Positions 10,826 through 21,304 are shown, counted from the stretch's first letter. The stretch is DNA of 48,256 bases from Candidatus Nanosynbacter sp. (GCA_015257605.1 JABZJV010000001.1:1-48256); one strand, 5' to 3'. The notes: generated by a model not told the origin, from the sequence alone. Translations and numbers: made by a program.

Positions 10826-11296
10826 CTACAACTGCTCAAAAATCTTATGAGCTTGATTCTTGCCAATAGTCTGAATCAATTCAGAGTAGCCCATCCACCG
10901 CCCGCGTTTAGTTTTGTCGCGACGATAATCCTTCTCATCGGTGATATCACCCTTAACTATCGCATCAACATTATGCCAAGTAATCCAAGGTGTGTCATCG
11001 CTCAAAAAGCTATAATCTAAATGAACATAATTTTCGTTGACTAGTTTATAGCCTGACGATGAAAATCCGCGTGCATACAACTCGCGGAGAATAGCGTCTG
11101 CTAGCTCGGCAAAACTGTCAACCGTAACACACAAAAAGTCATCATATTCCTCACCGAGTTCGTATGATCGTCCATTTATAAAAGCACTATACGAATCATC
11201 ATCGACAACTTTTTCATCCAACCACACGTGGCGGTCGCGTGCTATCGGAATCACCCGGCAGCTAATTTTCTCTGTAAAATTTTTGAAGTTATTCAT
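10826..11296 (-). CDS. Hypothetical protein
   Basis: 156-aa ATG-initiated ORF, co-oriented with neighbours. Confidence 0.6.
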   Translation of the reverse strand: MNNFKNFTEKISCRVIPIARDRHVWLDEKVVDDDSYSAFINGRSYELGEEYDDFLCVTVDSFAELADAILRELYARGFSSSGYKLVNENYVHLDYSFLSDDTPWITWHNVDAIVKGDITDEKDYRRDKTKRGRWMGYSELIQTIGKNQAHKIFEQL

Positions 11297-11315
11297 TCTG
11301 TATCCAATTTCCGCC

Positions 11316-11954
11316 TCATGCGCTTTGCGTATCTATATACGATGCGCTATTTAATATTTCTTCAAATACTTTACTATTTTGTTTCCAATATTCATTGTAA
11401 GAGAATACCGATATGTAACGAAGACATCCGTCTTCGCGGCCAACAGCTAAGCGTGTTACCATTTTAGTATTTTCAGGTCGAGAACCGCAACTTGATGTAA
11501 TTCTGACAATACCAACTAAACCATTTTGTTCCAAAGTATCGTCCTTGATATCGACAGTCGCTTGACAATTTTCCAATCCCTTAATAGTAAAGAATCTTTT
11601 CGCGTCTTCGCGCAACTCTTTGCTATCATAAGCCATTTTGCGCACTAATTCATAAGCTTCATCAGGCGCAGCCGGTAACACCAACCGCTCCGAATCCTGA
11701 GTCACGCCAACACCGCTAATTGACTTATTATCCTTGCCCAGTTTATCGCCGTAACCTTCAGTTTTACCATTTTTTACATCAATCCTTTGCCACTGCTTTG
11801 GTATTAGAAAACGGGTTTTCTGAGTTCTTGCTTCAACCAAATTTTTACTTTTCAGATAGACTGGCACTTCATGCAGCAAATAATCATACGAAGTATAAGC
11901 GCTTACACTGAAACACACTAAAGCTAAGATTAATTTGAGTATTTTTGTTTTCAT
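11316..11954 (-). CDS. Secreted or membrane-anchored hypothetical protein
   Basis: N-terminal hydrophobic segment (MKTKILKLILALVCFSVSA); 212 aa. Confidence 0.65.
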   Translation of the reverse strand: MKTKILKLILALVCFSVSAYTSYDYLLHEVPVYLKSKNLVEARTQKTRFLIPKQWQRIDVKNGKTEGYGDKLGKDNKSISGVGVTQDSERLVLPAAPDEAYELVRKMAYDSKELREDAKRFFTIKGLENCQATVDIKDDTLEQNGLVGIVRITSSCGSRPENTKMVTRLAVGREDGCLRYISVFSYNEYWKQNSKVFEEILNSASYIDTQSA

Positions 11955-11982
11955 TTGTACATTTTAATAATAGCACACGTTC

Positions 11983-12590
11983 CTACATTTCTACATCCGG
12001 CAAGTCCTTCAATTTCTTGCCATCAAAACAAAAGTAGGCTGCACCCTGGTACGCGCCGCTATCATTAACTTGATTCCTGTCCTCAAATATTTTTCGCACC
12101 AGCGGCGACAAAAACCACCTCTGCCCGCCATATTCAACTTCGCGCTCGCCAACAATTTTTGCTACAATTGTTTTATCTTTGAGAAAGACAACCTCATCGC
12201 CATTTTTGAGACCTTTCCGGTAAAAGCTAAACTTTTGATTACTGTTTTGGCTTTGGTGATTTTATCAAATTCCGCTTCTTTATTTTTCTGCTCCGGAAAG
12301 ACCACCTCGCCCTCAAACGACAGCAACAGCTGCTGTACCAAATCATAATCAAGCGCAAGAAGCTCGCTACTACCGACTCGATGCTTGGCAAATATTTCGT
12401 GCAGTAATGTTTCCTTTTCGGAATAATCAGCCACCTCGATCGCAAACAACCGCTTCAAACCAACCACATTGTAGTAGCCGTTCGCCTCGAGAAAGCGCAT
12501 CCGCTCTGGGTACTGCTTGGTTTGTGTCTTGCCGATTTTGATAAGACCTGACACTGCAGTGGTCATGACGTAGATGATACCTTTGCTCAC
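11983..12590 (-). pseudogene. GIY-YIG/T5orf172-like nuclease, frameshifted near 12245
   Basis: GIIYVMT...LIKIGKT...RM...E motifs; a second frame continues FSFYRKGLKNGDEVVF...GAYQGAAYFCFDGKKL to TAG at 11983. Confidence 0.65.
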
Positions 12591-12600
12591 TTCTAGCCTC

Positions 12601-13674
12601 CTATTTGGTCTCTTTCGTGAAGTACTTTTTCAGCGTTACCGTATCACCCACCCGTGCCTCACGCGTGGTTTTGAGGTTGGTGACGATGTAGCCAATTTCA
12701 CCGGTATCCAGCGACGGGTCGGGGATCATGCCGGGGCTGAGGTGACCGACTTCTAACGCCAAACCATTAGCACCGGTCGCCATCATGTGAATAGCTTCAC
12801 CTTTTTTAATCTGGCCGTCAACCATTCGCACGTACAAAATCACACCACGATAATCATCATAATAACTATCAAAAATCAGCGCCCGTGTTGGGTCATCTGG
12901 CTGACCAATTGGTGCTGGAATTCGTTCAACAATCGTCGCCAAAACTTGATCAACATTCTGCCCGGTTTTAGCAGAAATATGAATAATCTCGCTCTCATCG
13001 CAGCCCAGCAGATTGATCACCTGCTTGGATACTCGCGGCACATCAGCGGCTGGCAAATCAACCTTGTTGAGTACTGGAATAATTGTGAGGTCCTGCTCCA
13101 TCGCCAAGTACACATTCGCCAGCGTCTGCGCCTGAATACCTTGGCTGGCATCAACCACCAACACCGCACCCTCGCAGGCTTGCAAACTACGCGACACCTC
13201 ATAACTAAAATCAACGTGGCCAGGTGTGTCGATAAGGTTGAGGTCGTAGACAGTTGACTGCTCCAGCCCATTCACGCCAACATCTGCACAAGCCCGAGAA
13301 TCAGACTGCGCTAAGCGGGTGGCAGTCGATGGGGTAGCGCCCGCTTCTGAAGAAATCTCCGATTTTTCAGAAGAAGGGGCGGATCGACTGACAGGACCCG
13401 CGTCTAGCGACCGACGTGAAGACTCTGCAAGATTCTTCGACGATGGAAACGGTGATGCGCCACTCGCTTCCGCCTCCTGATATTCATATTTCATCCGCAC
13501 CGGCGCGAGCTTAATAGTGATGCCTTTCTCACGTTCCAAATCCATACTATCCAGCAGCTGCGATTTCATCTCGCGCTTCTCCACCGTCCCCGTCATCTCC
13601 ATCATCCTATCCGCCAGCGTCGATTTGCCGTGATCAATATGAGCGATGATACAAAAATTGCGGATATGTTCCAC
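12601..13674 (-). CDS. lepA: Elongation factor 4 (LepA), N-terminal half (G domain + domain II) with a long in-frame insertion
   Basis: [70 protein letters not shown] then stop. Confidence 0.95.
   Translation of the reverse strand: MEHIRNFCIIAHIDHGKSTLADRMMEMTGTVEKREMKSQLLDSMDLEREKGITIKLAPVRMKYEYQEAEASGASPFPSSKNLAESSRRSLDAGPVSRSAPSSEKSEISSEAGATPSTATRLAQSDSRACADVGVNGLEQSTVYDLNLIDTPGHVDFSYEVSRSLQACEGAVLVVDASQGIQAQTLANVYLAMEQDLTIIPVLNKVDLPAADVPRVSKQVINLLGCDESEIIHISAKTGQNVDQVLATIVERIPAPIGQPDDPTRALIFDSYYDDYRGVILYVRMVDGQIKKGEAIHMMATGANGLALEVGHLSPGMIPDPSLDTGEIGYIVTNLKTTREARVGDTVTLKKYFTKETK
13297..13436. repeat. Long nested imperfect palindrome inside the lepA coding sequence
   Basis: Arms CGCTA/TAGCG, GCGGGT/ACCCGC, CAGTCGAT/ATCGACTG, CGCCC/GGGCG, CTTCTGAA(G)AAATC/GATTTTTCAGAAG around loop 13358-13360; outer AGAATC/GATTCT. 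Confidence 0.85.
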
Positions 13675-13675
13675 T

Positions 13676-15313
13676 CTAACGCCTCACTCTGCCGAATAGC
13701 AGCTGTCGTAATTTCGCAACAATCGGATCCGCCTCTTCAAGCTTAAATACTTTGCTTAAAGCTATATATACCGCAAAACTCACCACCACAATAACAGTAA
13801 ACTTCGGGAAAACCGCCATAAAATTCATATCACGCGACTGCAGCTGTAACATCTGTACTACAAAATAAGTCACCACACCCATAATTGCACTAGCAATCAT
13901 CATAGTAATAATACTGCGCAGTGTCTTGCGATTAAAAATACCTGGTGTACGTACGTGTAATATAGTCAGCAAAATCGCAATCTCTACCACTGAAACAATC
14001 GATTGCGCCCAAGCCAAACCAAACACTCCCCAGCCGAACAGCTGCGTGAAAATTATTGCCAATACAATATTCAACGATATCGTCGCTATCGAAATATACA
14101 GAGGTGTTCGCGTGTCTTGCTGCGCGTAGAACGTTCGCGCCATGATGTGATAAAGCGTCCGGAAGAATATCGATATCACCAACGCGCCGAGAACACTAGC
14201 AATCGCCGGCTGCCCGCCATTCTTGATAAACGCCACCACATAACCACGCGCGAAGAAAGTAATCACAGCAATCGGCAAAGCCAGCCAGACAATCCAGCGG
14301 AAAACCGAGCGCAACTCTTTCTTGAAGAGGTCAACTCGCCCTTCCGCTAGCCGTTCAGTCATCCGCGGAAAAGCCGCATTGCTAATAGCTACGCCAACTA
14401 GATTCACTGGCATCAAACTCAAGCTTGACGCCTGCTGGTAAACACGCATAATTCCGTCGCCCATTCGTGACGCTAAATTAATTTCAACAATTCCATTAAA
14501 ATAATCAATCCCTTGATCAATTGAGCGCGGCGGTAGAAGTTTCAAGACTTGACGAAAACCTTTGTTGCGCCAAGAAATCACCGGACGATAGTCAAAGTTT
14601 ACGCCGACCAGACCAATTGAACTAACCACTAGCTGCAGAATTGCCCCTAGCACCACACCAAGCGCCACGCCCATAATGCCGCCTTCAAATATCTGCCAAC
14701 CAAAGATATTAATGCCATTAGTGAAATATTTGGCGCCAACGACGATGCCTAGATTATAAATGGTCGGTGCTAGCGCCAAAAAAGTAAACCGGCCGATCGC
14801 TTGCTGCATGCTCGACACTACCGTCGCAATCGCGAACAAAAACGGATTGACGGCAATTATACGCATCATACTCACCGCCAAAGCATGTCCTTGTTCGCCA
14901 AAGCCCGGGCCAACAACATAGCGCACTAGCGGGTCGGCAAAGATGATAATTAGCACGCTAGTGATTAACGTCAATACCGCAAAGAGATTCAGTAAGCTTG
15001 AACTCAGCTCCCACGCCGATCGCTTATTGCCGCTCGCCAAACGCTGATTAAACACTGGGATAAACGATACGCTCAAAGCGCCCGACACTAGCAGGAAATA
15101 CATAAAATCCGGCACGGTAAACGCCGCTACGTAGGCATCAGCACCTACTTTATAAGTGTCTAGGTACATGCCATTAATTAAACGATCGCGGTAAATCCCC
15201 AGCAAGCTTGACAGCATTGTCGATCCAGACAGCAGAATTGCCGCCCACTGTACTGACAATTTGCTATTCGCTTTCGCAACAACCGACCGTACTCGACTTC
15301 CTCGCCCCGCCAT
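13676..15313 (-). CDS. murJ: Lipid II flippase MurJ (MviN)
   Basis: [42 protein letters not shown]; many TM helices. Confidence 0.95.
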   Translation of the reverse strand: MAGRGSRVRSVVAKANSKLSVQWAAILLSGSTMLSSLLGIYRDRLINGMYLDTYKVGADAYVAAFTVPDFMYFLLVSGALSVSFIPVFNQRLASGNKRSAWELSSSLLNLFAVLTLITSVLIIIFADPLVRYVVGPGFGEQGHALAVSMMRIIAVNPFLFAIATVVSSMQQAIGRFTFLALAPTIYNLGIVVGAKYFTNGINIFGWQIFEGGIMGVALGVVLGAILQLVVSSIGLVGVNFDYRPVISWRNKGFRQVLKLLPPRSIDQGIDYFNGIVEINLASRMGDGIMRVYQQASSLSLMPVNLVGVAISNAAFPRMTERLAEGRVDLFKKELRSVFRWIVWLALPIAVITFFARGYVVAFIKNGGQPAIASVLGALVISIFFRTLYHIMARTFYAQQDTRTPLYISIATISLNIVLAIIFTQLFGWGVFGLAWAQSIVSVVEIAILLTILHVRTPGIFNRKTLRSIITMMIASAIMGVVTYFVVQMLQLQSRDMNFMAVFPKFTVIVVVSFAVYIALSKVFKLEEADPIVAKLRQLLFGRVRR

Positions 15314-15316
15314 AGT

Positions 15317-17176
15317 TTATGCGTGTAGTTTTACTTCCTTTGGCAGCACCGCATCCTTCATGTATTTAGCGGCGTCTTCTTCTTCGAGAGTTTCGTTTTT
15401 GAGCAAAGCATCCTTGAGCTTTTCAAGCACTGCCCGATTCTTGCTGAGTATTGTCTCGGCACGAACCGACGCTTCCTTGATTAGCGCCTCGACCTCGTTG
15501 TCGATCTCTTGTGCTGTCGCCTCTGAGTATGGACGGTCGTGGGTAATTTTGTCAAAAACCATGCCGCCATTGTCCTCGTGGAAGACTTGGTCGCGCAGTT
15601 TCGAGCCCATGCCTTGTTCAACTATCATATTGCGAGCAACTTTAGCGGCGTGGCGCAAATCACTGCCAGCGCCAGTAGTGATACCATCATCGCCGTAAAT
15701 CAGCTTCTCGGCAATCCGGCCGCCCAGCGCTCGCGCTAGAATATCCTTGAACTCGTAAACATTAGTGTAACTTCTGTCTTCTGGCGGCAAGAACCACGTC
15801 ACGCCACCCGTACCACCGCGCGGAATGATAGTGATTTTGTGTACTGGATCGCTATCTGGCAAAACATGACCAACAATGGCATGGCCAGCTTCGTGATAAG
15901 CAGTTAATTCCTTTTCGTGGTCGTTCATTACTTTAGCTTTACGCTCCGGGCCGATAGCCACCTTTTCAAAAGCTTCGGTCAGGTCGTCATTCGACACTTT
16001 CTTGGAGTTGCGCCGCGCTGCAATGATTGCCGCCTCGTTGGCAATATTCGCCAAATCGGCACCGCTAGAGCCAGCCGTTTTGGCTGCTAATTTATCGAGA
16101 TCAACCGTGTCGTCAGTCGGCTTATTTTTGAAATGAACTTTCAAAATAGCTTCGCGATCTTTGCGCTCCGGCAAACTAATCGTTACGTGCCGGTCAAAGC
16201 GGCCTGGTCTGAGCAATGCCGGATCAAGCACGTCAGCCCGGTTGGTCGCCGCGATTACAATCACATTGGTGTCCGCTTCAAAACCGTCCATCTCTACCAA
16301 AATTTGATTCAGCGTCTGCTCGCGCTCGTCATGACCGCCGCCCATACCGCTGCCGCGTTTGCGCCCGACGGCGTCAATCTCATCGATAAAAACAATCGCC
16401 GGCGCGTTTTTCTTGGCCTTCTGGAAAAGGTCGCGCACGCGGCTGGCACCAACACCGACAAACATTTCAACAAACTCTGAACCAGAAATCGAGAAGAAAG
16501 GTACATCCGCCTCGCCAGCTACTGCTCGCGCTAGCATCGTCTTGCCAGTACCTGGATCGCCGACTAGCAGCACACCCTTCGGTATTTTGGCACCGAGACT
16601 TTGATATTTTTTCGGATGCTTGAGAAAGTCAACGACCTCTTGTAAATCCTGTTTAGCATTATCATTGCCAGCGATATCATCAAACACCACCCGCTCTTTA
16701 TCAAGGCCGTATAGCCTAGCCTTACTTTTACCAAAACTCATCGCCTGGCTATTCTGGCCCTGAGCTTGCCGCATCATAAAAACAAACAGCGCGCCGATCA
16801 GCAATACTGGCAAAACCACCGTCATCAAAGTCAGCATCAAAGAATTATCAACTGGCGCGCTATCCGAAACAACTGTACGGCCTTTTTCGTTAAGTATATT
16901 GTCTTTCAGTAGCGACGAAACCCCGCCGCCTAAGTATGTCCGCTTAGATGGCTTATTCTCGCCCTTCATGGTCACCTGAAGGTCACCGCCTTGGCCTTCG
17001 ATCTTGGCTACTTTGCCTTCGTTGGCGTCTCGAATCACCTGAGCGATTGGTACTTCCTGGAGCGGCTTAGCCGGCATAAATGCCGCATATAGCGACAGTC
17101 CAATCAAAACGATAATTGCCCAGAATAAACCGAGCCGAACTTTATTACTCACCTTTTGTTTACGAGGTTTAGGCAT
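15317..17176 (-). CDS. ftsH: ATP-dependent zinc metalloprotease FtsH
   Basis: Two TMs, [34 protein letters not shown]. Confidence 0.98.
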   Translation of the reverse strand: MPKPRKQKVSNKVRLGLFWAIIVLIGLSLYAAFMPAKPLQEVPIAQVIRDANEGKVAKIEGQGGDLQVTMKGENKPSKRTYLGGGVSSLLKDNILNEKGRTVVSDSAPVDNSLMLTLMTVVLPVLLIGALFVFMMRQAQGQNSQAMSFGKSKARLYGLDKERVVFDDIAGNDNAKQDLQEVVDFLKHPKKYQSLGAKIPKGVLLVGDPGTGKTMLARAVAGEADVPFFSISGSEFVEMFVGVGASRVRDLFQKAKKNAPAIVFIDEIDAVGRKRGSGMGGGHDEREQTLNQILVEMDGFEADTNVIVIAATNRADVLDPALLRPGRFDRHVTISLPERKDREAILKVHFKNKPTDDTVDLDKLAAKTAGSSGADLANIANEAAIIAARRNSKKVSNDDLTEAFEKVAIGPERKAKVMNDHEKELTAYHEAGHAIVGHVLPDSDPVHKITIIPRGGTGGVTWFLPPEDRSYTNVYEFKDILARALGGRIAEKLIYGDDGITTGAGSDLRHAAKVARNMIVEQGMGSKLRDQVFHEDNGGMVFDKITHDRPYSEATAQEIDNEVEALIKEASVRAETILSKNRAVLEKLKDALLKNETLEEEDAAKYMKDAVLPKEVKLHA

Positions 17177-17229
17177 TGAAATATGTATCCTTTCGTGGTT
17201 TTATAATCAAATTCAGAATATCTCTGTAA

Positions 17230-18075
17230 TTATACCACCTTCGCGCAGTAAGTTCGAGAGGTAATTTCTAATTGCACGCCATCACCGACATCAATTTTGG
17301 CACCCGGCCGCGCCGTCTTGATAGCCAGCAAAGCCCGTTGAGTACGCGGCCGAGTCGGGCGCAGTCCGCCAGTTTGCCTGGCAATATCGCTCGCTAACAG
17401 CTCTAACGCTACATCATCATCAATCTGCGACAAAAAATACCGCGAACCGCTATTGCGCAACGTGATCCGCTCAGTTTCGCGTTCAATATCTTTCCGTAAA
17501 GCTAGCTGCCTAGCGCGCAACTGCAATAGTCTTACAATTGTGCGTTGACTAATAACACTTTTTAGTGCTTTTCTGACACGATTGCGTTGATAAAGGTCGC
17601 TTGCGTTCGTTGCGTCCTCAACCCACTCCAAGCGATGCTGCAGCGCGTAATCATACAATTGCGTCTTGGTAAAAGAAATCAGCGGACGTTTAACTCCTGT
17701 GCGCGCTAACACAGCCAACCCGCGCCACCCCGTACCTCGCTCAATATTGATAGCAACCGTTTCGGCAACATCTTCAGCATGATGCGCCGTAACCAGCACC
17801 GCGCCAAACTTCTGCGCCTGTGCTAGCAAAAAGTCATACCGCTTCTGGCGCGCTAATTCTTCGCTAGCATTCGGCCCGAGATTAAGCGCCGTCGAAACGA
17901 ACGGTAAATTATATTTCTGCGCCAACGCTGCCACAAACCGTGCATCAGCGCGCGAAGCCTCGCCGCGGATTCCATGTTCGACATGCGCTACAATTAGCTG
18001 ATGATCTGACCGGCTCAGTATATCCAATAAACACACGCTATCCACGCCGCCAGAAACTGCCACTAGGTACGTCAT
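17230..18075 (-). CDS. tilS: tRNA(Ile)-lysidine synthase
   Basis: VAVSGGVDS PP-loop, HVEHGIR, ARQKRY, TAHHAED..ET, RPL, EDATN..RNRVR; classic tilS-ftsH order; start ATG 18075. Confidence 0.95.
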   Translation of the reverse strand: MTYLVAVSGGVDSVCLLDILSRSDHQLIVAHVEHGIRGEASRADARFVAALAQKYNLPFVSTALNLGPNASEELARQKRYDFLLAQAQKFGAVLVTAHHAEDVAETVAINIERGTGWRGLAVLARTGVKRPLISFTKTQLYDYALQHRLEWVEDATNASDLYQRNRVRKALKSVISQRTIVRLLQLRARQLALRKDIERETERITLRNSGSRYFLSQIDDDVALELLASDIARQTGGLRPTRPRTQRALLAIKTARPGAKIDVGDGVQLEITSRTYCAKVV

Positions 18076-18137
18076 ATTACCTTTATTATAATCCATCAGG
18101 ACGCTGGCGTTAACTGATGCTATATGCAGTAATACAT

Positions 18138-19463
18138 TTATAAATAGCGCGTACTACCAAACGGAATCTTGGTGCGAACCACCTCGGTATTAAGCGTACT
18201 AGCAGCGTGAATAGTCCGAGCACCGTACCGCTGATTAATCTCGTCAATCGCCCAAGTGGTTTGCTGCTCACGCGCTAATTCGTCGCCAAACAAACTCAGC
18301 TGATCGCTGGTGCTGTTATACAGATTATAACAATGCACGCCTATCTCGCGTATATCGCCAGCCGGCGCCTGGCAGAATAGCTCTTCGGCCACGCGCCACA
18401 ACGCAGCATCGCTAAACATTGGTAATGGCGCTAAATATTTACGCTGCCAGTAATTACCCACGCGGCCCCAGCGTCCATTATTCGACGATAGTTTTGAGTC
18501 GCTACCCACGCCCGCCATTCGCACATAAATACCGACGCCGCGCGCCGACTTGCGCTGCGAACGCAATTTTTGTCCAACCGCCTCGACTAAATTGTGCAAT
18601 CGAGCGGCTATTTGTTGCCGTGGCATATTGCGCTCCTCTAGTACGTATTGGCGGCCGCATGTTTTAACGTCGCTTATCAAATCATCGACTTCCCAGCCAT
18701 GCAGACGTTGATACCATTTTTCACCATTAATACTATGAAAAGTAGCATGAAGCGCCTCTGGCGACGATTCATACATTTGCAACGGCGTAAAAATACCCAC
18801 CGCGTTCAGCCGCTGCTCGTTGTGCCGCGCAATTCCCGTTAGATCGCGTAAAGTTAAGCTAGCTAACACCGTTTGTACATTTTGCGCCGTCACGACATCA
18901 AGCCCGTCAGGTTTGTGCAAGCTAGCCGCCATCTTGGCCCAGAAACGGTTAGTACCGATACCGATATTACAACGCATGTACGAGCCTACTTCGGTGCGCA
19001 ACCGATGCTTTATCTCTTTGCCGATCGCTTCTAAGCCGCGCGACCGCATCGATTCGGGCGCTACTGCAAAATCAATTATACCTTCATCAATGCTTTTCAT
19101 TACCACCGACGGACTGTAGCTGTTCATAATTCGTAGCAGCTGCCGATATACCCAGCGATACTTCGGCGGGTCGCTGTCGAGTGCTACTAGCTCGGGACAC
19201 AGGCGTTTAGCTTGGCGGTATTTCATGCCAGCCTTAACACCGTAAGCCTTCGCTTCGTAACTCACGGTGATAACCGAAGTGTTCTCGACCAAACGATTAA
19301 CTACCGCCACTGGCCGCCCGCGCAGCAGCGGCCGCGACTGCTGTTCAATAGTCGCAAAACAACTATTGAGATCTATATGCATAATCAGCGGTAATGTTTG
19401 ACTATGTCCTAAGTTTAAGCCATTCGAGAAGGATTGCTTTCTTTGGCTAGCTGATTCAGCCAT
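18138..19463 (-). CDS. dinB: Y-family DNA polymerase (DinB/UmuC-like)
   Basis: HIDLNSCFATIEQ, SYEAKAYGV, SIDE, AKMAASLHKPDGL, QLSLF clamp-binding motif. Confidence 0.85.
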   Translation of the reverse strand: MAESASQRKQSFSNGLNLGHSQTLPLIMHIDLNSCFATIEQQSRPLLRGRPVAVVNRLVENTSVITVSYEAKAYGVKAGMKYRQAKRLCPELVALDSDPPKYRWVYRQLLRIMNSYSPSVVMKSIDEGIIDFAVAPESMRSRGLEAIGKEIKHRLRTEVGSYMRCNIGIGTNRFWAKMAASLHKPDGLDVVTAQNVQTVLASLTLRDLTGIARHNEQRLNAVGIFTPLQMYESSPEALHATFHSINGEKWYQRLHGWEVDDLISDVKTCGRQYVLEERNMPRQQIAARLHNLVEAVGQKLRSQRKSARGVGIYVRMAGVGSDSKLSSNNGRWGRVGNYWQRKYLAPLPMFSDAALWRVAEELFCQAPAGDIREIGVHCYNLYNSTSDQLSLFGDELAREQQTTWAIDEINQRYGARTIHAASTLNTEVVRTKIPFGSTRYL

Positions 19464-19719
19464 GCTCCGCCTCGCGCGTCAATCGCCAAGTCAACCGCTC
19501 GCTATCAAATTCCAGCCGATAATCAGCTTGCCCGTCCGTCACATCAAAAATATGCATCGTTCGCCGTCCTTTAGCTACTGGATGCCGCAAACCTAGCTCG
19601 CTTACTTCAACCTCACGCCCATTCGGACGTCTAAACCGCCGCGGTACGCACAATTCTAAACCGCTGCCAAACGTCGCAATAACTTCTACTCGTTCATTCA
19701 ATTCTAGCTCATCGTTCAC
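19456..19719 (-). CDS. Small hypothetical protein overlapping the start of the Y-family polymerase
   Basis: 87 aa, beta-rich (HIFDVTDG..YRLEFD...W); TGCTATAAT 6 nt before GTG. Confidence 0.7.
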   Translation of the reverse strand: MNDELELNERVEVIATFGSGLELCVPRRFRRPNGREVEVSELGLRHPVAKGRRTMHIFDVTDGQADYRLEFDSERLTWRLTREAEHG

Positions 19720-19898
19720 GGCAAAATTATAGCACAGAATAGCAAACCGCCCTTGACACAGAAGGGCGGCTCACTAGAGAAGTACGGGAAATATTTCTCG
19801 AAGCATATTGTCCGCCAGCTTCATTAAATTATCCTTAAAAAACCTAGCTTGCCACCGATTACTGTTATCTGCTATAATCTACAGTGCTTTACTCTTGC

Positions 19899-19975
19899 GG
19901 CACTGTAGCTCAGTTGGTTAGAGCGTAGGACTCATAAGCCTAAGGTCACTGGTTCGATCCCAGTCAGTGCTACCA
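19899..19975 (+). tRNA. tRNA-Met (CAT), elongator type
   Basis: GGCACTG/CAGTGCT acceptor, D arm, CTCATAA loop, GTTCGAT T loop, encoded CCA; TGCTATAAT upstream. Confidence 0.9.
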
Positions 19976-19983
19976 AAGAAAGC

Positions 19984-20013
19984 TCCCCGCCTTTGCTGCG
20001 GGGATTTTTCTTT
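19984..20013 (+). terminator. Intrinsic terminator after tRNA-Met
   Basis: TCCCCGC-7 nt-GCGGGGA followed by TTTTTCTTT. Confidence 0.8.
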
Positions 20014-20028
20014 GCGCTTAAACCGCCG

Positions 20029-20163
20029 CTAAAACGCAAAATCTTCAACTTCCAGCAGATCATTACGGCGATTAATAAATTCTCGCAGTTCTACCGTTGT
20101 ACGCGGCCGATTCCAGGTGGCATTCTCGTTATGTAATGAGTTATTTGATTCGGTGACTTCCAT
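20029..20163 (-). CDS. Small hypothetical protein (44 aa)
   Basis: MEVTESNNSLHNENATWNRPRTTVELREFINRRNDLLEVEDFAF; AAAGGA SD and TGTTATACT upstream; below the ORF-track cutoff. Confidence 0.5.
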   Translation of the reverse strand: MEVTESNNSLHNENATWNRPRTTVELREFINRRNDLLEVEDFAF

Positions 20164-20309
20164 TTTTATTTTTCCTTTTTTGTATAAGTTAATTACTTAT
20201 ACTTTTAGTATAACACAAACTTGCCAAAAAAGCAATAGCTTTTTACAAAATCTTTTGACTTCGCCAGACCGCTTATGGTATAAATAAGATAAGGATTATC
20301 AAGACAAAC

Positions 20310-21023
20310 ATGAATACTCTCATCGCTGTTAGCATCATCGCCCTGGCAGGACTTATCCACGCTAGCTTTCAGTTAAGCGTTAGTATGGCTACATCTCTAT
20401 CGGGGCATGCCTTAGGACGCAAGCTGGCCGCTCGGCGCACGTTACGGCTGCTATTTAGCTTTGTAGCTGGCGCCTTCACTATGACACTTTTATGTGTTAG
20501 TTTCGCTAGCTATGCTATCGGTGTATTCGCGCCGCACAGTAATTTGTTGTGGATCACTTTGACTGCTGGTCTGATGATCGTTGGCTTGGCAGTTATCCTT
20601 TTTTACTATCGTAAAACCGAAGGTACCGAATTGTGGATTTCACGCAGTTTTGCCCGATTCTTGCGTAAACGCACCGCCAAAGCCAGCCTTGCCGCCGAAG
20701 CGTTTAGTCTAGGATTGACTAGTGTTGTCGCGGAACTACTATTTACTATCGTACCAATCATTACCGCAGCCTGCGCTATCATCGAGCTGCCGCCGATTTG
20801 GCAAATCGTTGGCGCAGCAGGTTATACGCTAGCTGCTTCGCTCGGGCTGCTAATCGTCGCCCTATTGATTGGCAGCGGACGCCAACTGAGCCGCATCCAG
20901 CGCTGGCGCGAACAAAACAAATACTTTTTACAATTCGCTGCCGGTCTGGGTTTGATTATCCTTGGTTTTTATATATACGTTAATACTGTTTCCGACTTAA
21001 TCATTCAGGTGAACGCTGTATGA
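20310..21023 (+). CDS. Integral membrane protein (about 6 TM)
   Basis: Multiple hydrophobic helices; stop overlaps the next start (ATGA). Confidence 0.75.
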   Translation: MNTLIAVSIIALAGLIHASFQLSVSMATSLSGHALGRKLAARRTLRLLFSFVAGAFTMTLLCVSFASYAIGVFAPHSNLLWITLTAGLMIVGLAVILFYYRKTEGTELWISRSFARFLRKRTAKASLAAEAFSLGLTSVVAELLFTIVPIITAACAIIELPPIWQIVGAAGYTLAASLGLLIVALLIGSGRQLSRIQRWREQNKYFLQFAAGLGLIILGFYIYVNTVSDLIIQVNAV

Positions 21024-21295
21024 AAGTTACTGTTTTCAAACGAGGCAAACGCCCGCCAGAAGATTTCGATGCCAAAAAGCTGCGCGCTAGCCTGTACGCC
21101 GCCTGCCTTAGCGCTAAAAGCCCCGAAGGGTTAGCCCGCAATTTAGCCGATCAAGCTGCTCGCGAGGTCGAAGCTTGGAGCGGCCAAAAATCAGATATCA
21201 CCACCACCGATATTCGCGCGCAAGCTGGACGATTTCTAGAGCATAATCATCCTGACGCAGCATATTTATATAAACACCACAAAAAAATGATGTAG
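21020..21295 (+). CDS. Stand-alone ATP-cone domain protein
   Basis: VFKRG...EDFDAKKLRASL...ITTTDIR...AAYLY. Confidence 0.8.
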   Translation: MKVTVFKRGKRPPEDFDAKKLRASLYAACLSAKSPEGLARNLADQAAREVEAWSGQKSDITTTDIRAQAGRFLEHNHPDAAYLYKHHKKMM

Positions 21296-21304
21296 GAGAC
21301 ATGA

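Noticed and set aside
6256..12600. Self-splicing intron, prophage or integron interrupting lepA
   Set aside because: No recognisable intron core, reverse transcriptase, integrase, phage structural genes, flanking repeats or attC sites; both halves have their own start and stop. Not formally excluded without RT-PCR
13249..13485. Intein in LepA
   Set aside because: Too short, no His-Asn terminus or block motifs, low-complexity sequence
19747..19824. 16-codon minus-strand ORF (MKLADNMLREIFPVLL) followed by hairpin CCGCCCTT/AAGGGCGG
   Set aside because: Too short to support from sequence alone; the hairpin is real but its role is unclear
19969..19982. Elongator tRNA-Met 3' end (GCTACCAAAGAAAG) as a second att site
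   Set aside because: Only 8 bp match the att core, explained by the shared tRNA 3' end; no sign of integration there
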